From Phaeosaccion multiseriatum (Eukaryota; Protista; Ochrophyta, other classes), in NCBI GenBank assembly GCA_965112735.1, contig OZ218964.1, forward strand, positions 1,488,001-1,552,000: a stretch of 64,000 nt of DNA. Reading direction: 5' to 3'. Both the position numbers and the translations under genes were made by a program. Position 1 is the stretch's first letter; every line of letters begins with the position of its first letter. A model generated the notes under the pieces. That model was not told the origin of the DNA, searched no databases, and saw only the letters and a list, made by a program, of their open reading frames with translations. Positions 58,237-64,000 of this stretch are shown here, in pieces.

Positions 58237-61200
58237 ATGTATAGACGCAAGAGGCGAAGAGAGCGCGATGAGGATGACGAGGGAGAGGGCGCGGAGAAAG
58301 AAGAGGGGTTTGGCAGCGCGTCCTTCACTCCAGTGGAGAGCAGCAAGACGAAGGAAGAGGAGGCAGAGTTGAAGGACCTAGAGGCGGCGGCGTCGTCCAT
58401 CCTCTTCAGAGACCTGGTGTATAAGGTGCTGAAGCCGTGCTCGGAGTCCAGGATGAAGACACGGAAGGCAGGGGGGCCCAAGAAGGTGGATTTCATCATC
58501 ACGCGGGAACTGAAAGAGAAGGTAGCATAAACTTGGCCATTTGTCTTCTTTTGACCCTCCTCGTCTCTCTCCCTTTCTTTTTCATGCACCTCCGCACGCT
58601 GTCGCTATGCTGCCGCCGCCACCTCACTCCCATCGCTTCTCTCCCAAATTCCCTCGTAGTTTCCCTAACGCGCGAACCCCCTCTTGACCTACCGCAAAAA
58701 CAACAAGTAAAAACCCCATTCGCTCTATTCTAACATTTGTTTTTCGTCCCAACCACCCCTTCCACCTTCCAGGTGGGGAAGGGCAGTCTCTTCCCCTACT
58801 TGAGGCTAATCATCCCTAAGTCCGACATGCAGCGCACTCAGTACGGACTTAAGGAGGCAAAGGTTTGCAAGATGTACATCAGCATGTGCTTACTGCGCAA
58901 GGGCGGACCGGAAGAGGTGAGGTATTTTCAGCGGAGTGGGCAAGATGGGTGGGGTATTGAAAGAGTTTATTGGTGAAAGAATGGGAAGCACCCTTTTCTC
59001 CCCCTCCTCCCCATCAGCCTCTCCCTCTACTCCTCTTCTCTCCCTCTTGCACTGCCCGTCCTGGTCTCGTGCTCCTCGGTACACAACCCGCTGCTCCTCA
59101 CTCCAGTAGCCGCCGCCGCCGCCGCCGCCGCTACTGCTGCTGCTGCTGCCTCCTCAAGGAGTTTCTTGCCGCTCTCTCTATTCGTCTGTCTCTCTCGCTA
59201 GGCGACGCTGCTACACCCCAACAACCCGACCTACAATCCCGGAGCAGTGGGAAATGTCCCTTTGACGCTCTACCGCGTGCTCAAAAGCAGGGCGCCGGCG
59301 GAGTCAAGCAACTACACATTGGGCAAGGTCAGTGTGCCAGGCCAGGGTCAGGCCCGCCAAAGGCGCGTCACACGTCACACGCCCTCTCTATATGTCTGTG
59401 TCTCTGCTCGGTCTCTCTCTCTATGTGTGTCTATGTGTGTGTGTTCCTGCCGTCTCTTTCTCTCTTTCTCTCTCTCTTTCTTGCTCTCTCTCTTTCTCTC
59501 TCTCTCTTTCTCTCTCCCTCTCTCTCTCGTGTCTGCGTGCGGAGGCAGAGAGTGCGGCGGCCTGCCGTTTACGCTGTGCACTGCGTCGCTTTTGGTAGTC
59601 TGCGCATACGCTTACGGCGCGTGTGTACCTCCCTCCACTACTTGCTACATCCCGCGTTGTCATCCATTATCTCTTCCTTCTCTTCTCTCTGCCGCTCCTC
59701 AGATCAACGATCTCCTCGACGAGATCTCCCGTGGAAAAGACCAAGCAGCCAAAGAGCGCGTGTTCAAGGAGGTGTACACCAAACTAGACGCCACTGAGCA
59801 GATGTGGTTCTGTCAGATCATCTTCGACAAGATGACTGTGAGTGGGTGACGGAGTGACCAACACACATGCCTTTGTTCGCTGTTAGAGCCAGGAAGACAC
59901 CTTCGTCACGTTCCTCCGTTCCTCCTTCCCACGTCACAATGATTGCTATTGTCGTCTCGGTCGATCGATCGGTTTTGCCCACCCCCCTTGCCATCACACC
60001 CGCAACAGATTGGCGTGGACAAGCGAACGCTGCTTAACGCCATCCACCCCCAGGCGGAGGAGCAGTACAACAAGCTCGTGGACCTGCGTCACGTATGTCA
60101 GGTCATCGCCGGCAGATCCACTTCCGAGCTATTCGATGTCGACATTCAGGTCGGAAACCCCTTCGTGCCCATGCTGTGCTTCAACTTCAAGGTGGGTAGG
60201 AAGTGAGTAAGGAGTACGTGATCTAGCGGCAGTACGTTCATTCATGTACTATCTTGCCCTTTCTCCTTCCCCTTCTCTTTCTCCCTCTCCCTCTCCTTCT
60301 CGTTCTCGTTCTCCTTCCCTAGGAGGCCTTCAACAAGGTTGTGCCGAGCCTCGAGGGCCACCCTGCCGTGATGGACATCAAGCTCGACGGAGACCGTATC
60401 GTCATGCACAAGAAGGTAAGAAGATCAATGGAAGAGTAAAGAAAAACGGGCAGGCGGAAGGCAAAGCAAAGAGCAAAGCAGTCACAGGCTTGCGGGCAAC
60501 AGAGCCTCGAGCGAGCGAGGCGTGACGAACTGGGAACAATCACGCACTCTCTTCATTCTGTTGGGCATTCTGTGGGGCCGTGGCGTTGATATTGCCTCTC
60601 GCGCGGAGGGTCTTGTCCCTCCCTTTTCTCCGCCGCCCCCCCCCCCCCGCCCCCCACCCCCGTGCCCGCTCGTCCTCCTTTCGGTTATGTGCTTCTCCCC
60701 CCCTTCCCTTTTCCCTCTCCTGTCGTCTCTCCTCCGCTGCTCTCGTCTGCTCTCGTAAACTCTCGTCTGATATCGTCTCTGCCCTCCCTCCCTCCCTCCC
60801 TCCTTCCTTCCTTCCTTCCTTCCTTCCTTCCTTCCTTCCTTCTTTCCTCTGTATCTCAGGGAGGCGAGATCAAGTACTTCACACGGCGGCCTCGCGAGTA
60901 CACCAAGCACTTGTCCTCAGTCATGGACAAACACATACTCAATGCCTTCCCCGGGGTTGGTGAGTGAGTCCCTTCTTGAGCTGTCGGTGCTCGCTCTTGA
61001 ACGAGTCCAATGCAAGGAGTATGGAGAGAGAGAGAGAGAGAGAGGGCCGCGGTGCTCAGTGCTACTCTCTGTCGTCGGATTTGAAGTCGAGTTTCGGCCC
61101 TGAAACGCTTGAGCGTTACACACTTGTTTGGAGCCGAGCAAGAGAGGAGGGGAGTGCCTCCTTTCCTCCCTGTGGACCGACCTTCCTCTGCTTCGTCCTT

Positions 61201-62758
61201 TGTCATGCTGATCCAGCCTGCATTGTCCCTCCTCTCCTCCCCTCACCTCTCCTCACCTCCCTCCCCCCTCTGCTCACTCACCACACCATTCATTCTGCCT
61301 CTTGTTCAAAGATAATCTGGTACTGGACGGAGAGATGTGCACGTGGAACAACCAACAGAACAATTTTCAGAACTTTGGGCACAATCGGACAATCGCCAAG
61401 GCAGAGAGGCTGAGGTGAGGGAGGGAGGGAGGGAGGGAGGGAGGGAGGGGAGTGGAGGGAGAGAGGGAGGGGAGGAGGGGAGAGGAGGGGAGGGGAGGGG
61501 AGGGAGGGAGCATATCGTGCTCTCAACTTGGTTGGTGCACGTGCGTGTGTGCTCGCCAGTTCACCCACCCTTCAATTTCCCTGATACGAAACAAGTCATA
61601 CACTCACCAAATCACTCACTCACTCACTCACTCACTCACTCACTCCTTCCCTCCCTCCCTCACTGCCTCTCACCCTTCCTCACTCACCTCACTCACCTCA
61701 CTCACCTCATTCACTCACTCATCTCACTCCCTCACTCACTCAACGCTCTTCTGTCGATGTGTGGATGGGATGGGACGATTGCGATGAGACAGCCCCGCCG
61801 ATCGGAACGACAAGTGGCTCTTCTACGTCGTGTTCGACATCATCCTCGTGACGGGGAGCGGCGGGGGCGAGGCAGTGAGAGACACCATCGCGGACGCCAT
61901 GCAAGGCTCAATTGCACGGGGGGTGCCGGTGAGTTGAGTTGAGAAGGGGGAGGTCGGGGCGATACAAGTCCACGGAGGGGAAGGAGGGGAAGGAGGCACC
62001 GTCGGTGATGAAGGAGGCACCTCATTGATGATAGACGAAGGAGGGGGCACCGCCAGCGATGGAGGAGGCGTCAGGGGGTGGAGCACGGCGGTGGGAAGGA
62101 GGCAAGAGGGGCTTGCTTGCAGAGGAAGGAGGGAGGGGCGGGGGTGGTGGCCGTGAGGGAGGGGGCTGTGGAAGTCCGACACGAGAGGGGGGCATCGACG
62201 TAAGAAAAAGTAGAGACGGAGTCCAAATCTATTTGATCCATCAGAGGTAGTGATCCATCAGGTGCAGTGATCCATCAGTCTCTCACCAAATCGATGTCTG
62301 CTTGCCTCTTTCCTCTTCCCTGTTTTGCTCTTGTGTATATGTGTGTGTGTGTTTTAGGTGAACCTGCCCATCCCCGAGGACGGCAATCTCATCTCCATGC
62401 CCCTCCAAGTGCGTCGCTTAGTGCTGGAGAAGCTTCTGTGCAAGCAGCCACACAGGTAAGGAAGGAAGGAAGAAAGGGAGGAAGGAAGGAAGGAAGGAGG
62501 GAGGGAAGGAAGGAAGGAAGGAAGGAAGGAAGGAAGGAAAGGCCCCTTGCCTCTCCTCTCCCAGGGAGTGAGTTAAGTACCTTGGGCCGGCGGGTCCAGC
62601 CACTGTGGTGGTGTTTGGGGCGGGTGCGTCTATAACCCAAGTACAAGTACCAGGGTCCCATGCTGCTCTGTGTTTCTCTCTTTCTCCTCATTCTCTCTAT
62701 CCTCTCTATCCTCTCTCGCGTCTCTTTCTCTCTCTCCTTCCTCTCTGCAGCCCCCCGC

Positions 62759-62797
<39 letters not shown>

Positions 62798-64000
62798 GTT
62801 TGCCTTTGCCTCACACAAAGTTCCATTCGGCCCTCGTTTTCTTTCCCTCCCACCTCCACTCAGAGTGGAGATTGTAGAACACAAATACCTACCCGGAGCG
62901 ACGCCGGGCGGCATCAGCGACGCCAAGCGGCGAGAGGACATTGTGTTTGATTTCTTTGACCTCAAGGCCATCTTTAACAATCACGAAGGCATCATCGTCA
63001 AGGATCTCACCACTCCCTACCACTTCGGAGAGGACAGCAAGTCCAAACGTGAGTGAGGGATGGAGGGAGAGAGAGAGGGAGAGAGGCGGAGAGGGAAGGA
63101 GGAATGGAGGGATGGAGGGAGGGAGGGAGAGAGAGAGGGAGAGAGGGGGAGATGGAAGGAGGAATGGAGGGAGGGAGGGAGGGAGGGAGGGAGGGAGGGA
63201 GGGAGGGAGGGAGGGAGGGAGGGAGGGAGGGAGGGAGGGAGAGGGAGGGGGGGAGGGAGGGGAAGGGGGGGGATAGAGGGAGGGAGGGAGGGGGAGGGAG
63301 AGAGGGAGGGCGGGAGAGATGGCGGGTGGGAAGAAGGAAGGGAGGGAGGAAGGGAGTGAGTGAGGGAGGGGAGGGGAGTGCAGTTGCGTGTGGTGCGTTG
63401 CTTCCCCCCCCCATCCCTCCCTCAAAGGCATGGTGTAACTCATCCACTAGAGTAGACAGAGGATGGTGGGCATGTGGGCTTGAGGGTGTACTTCCATTGA
63501 GCGTGCGTGCGCCCCGATACAATATCGCACAACGCTACTTCCTTCTACAGGCCCGTCTTCCAACCATCCAACCACTCAACCCTCCGCCTCCCCTGCCCAT
63601 GTGCCTGCCTATCCAACTAGGTGCATGGCTGAAGATGAAGCCCGACTACACGGACGGGGTGGACAGCCTCGACCTCCTAATCCTAGGGGTGATGGACGCG
63701 GGGGGGTCGAGAGCAGGGGTCGTCCCGTCTAGGTAGGTAGGGACTTGGGGAGGAAGTGTCCGTAGGTGTTGTGTTACTTCATCGCCGTGGGGTTGAGTGC
63801 CTGCACGGCTCTTTCCTTTTCACCTTTCACCCCACCCCCAATGACAATTTTTTTGAATTCAGCTCAAACTCAAAACGTAGTCTACGATGGTACTGTACCC
63901 GGGTTAGTCGTTCGTTGGCTTATCCCTTACAACCATCCCTCTCCCCTCCTTGCCTACCGTATCCGTCGCCTCGCCCGTCTGTCTACCTGCCTCTCTCTCT
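58237..64000 (+). CDS. LIG4: DNA ligase IV (NHEJ), 5' part; at least 12 exons, truncated by window end
   Basis: DNA-binding domain FPYLRLIIP..R..YGLKE, INDLLD, EQMWF..II, IHPQAEEQYN..DLRHVC. Motif I KLDGDR, KYFTRR, motif III LDGEM, IIIa YVVFDIL, IV EGIIVKD, V WLKMKPDY...LDLLILG. Confidence 0.9.

Overview
Intron-rich, GC-rich, microsatellite-laden eukaryotic nuclear DNA, most likely from a photosynthetic stramenopile (ochrophyte). The basis for that assignment is two proteins with signal peptide + 'SAF' plastid-targeting motifs and a GH81 beta-1,3-glucanase. Most entries in the ORF track are low-complexity shadow ORFs, so genes were reconstructed by hand across GT-AG introns. About 14 genes are supported. 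In order: 3' part of eIF2B-alpha; a disordered hypothetical protein; a ~2200-aa RUN-RhoGAP-ELMO-like-TLDc fusion; an ENTH/epsin; an Integrator subunit 2 homologue; a thylakoid-lumen histidine-phosphatase/PGM-like protein; a Chibby-like protein; a membrane-anchored GH81 glucanase; a large UBL + 4x helical-repeat + C2 + SAM protein; a Ctr copper transporter; a conserved K/S-rich nuclear protein; a PsaN-like lumenal protein; an ankyrin protein; and the 5' part of DNA ligase IV. The most unusual signals are three. (1) A dispersed motif, GCAGTTGGTGATACAGC, with 12 exact copies of its 10-bp core, lies in exons (several frames, both orientations) and introns. (2) The four-domain trafficking fusion has a RhoGAP lacking the arginine finger and an ELMO-like domain that keeps its arginine. 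(3) Introns are polarised, with purine repeats at the 5' end and complementary pyrimidine repeats at the 3' end. All domain calls come from recalled family motifs, not database searches, and exon boundaries are approximate.
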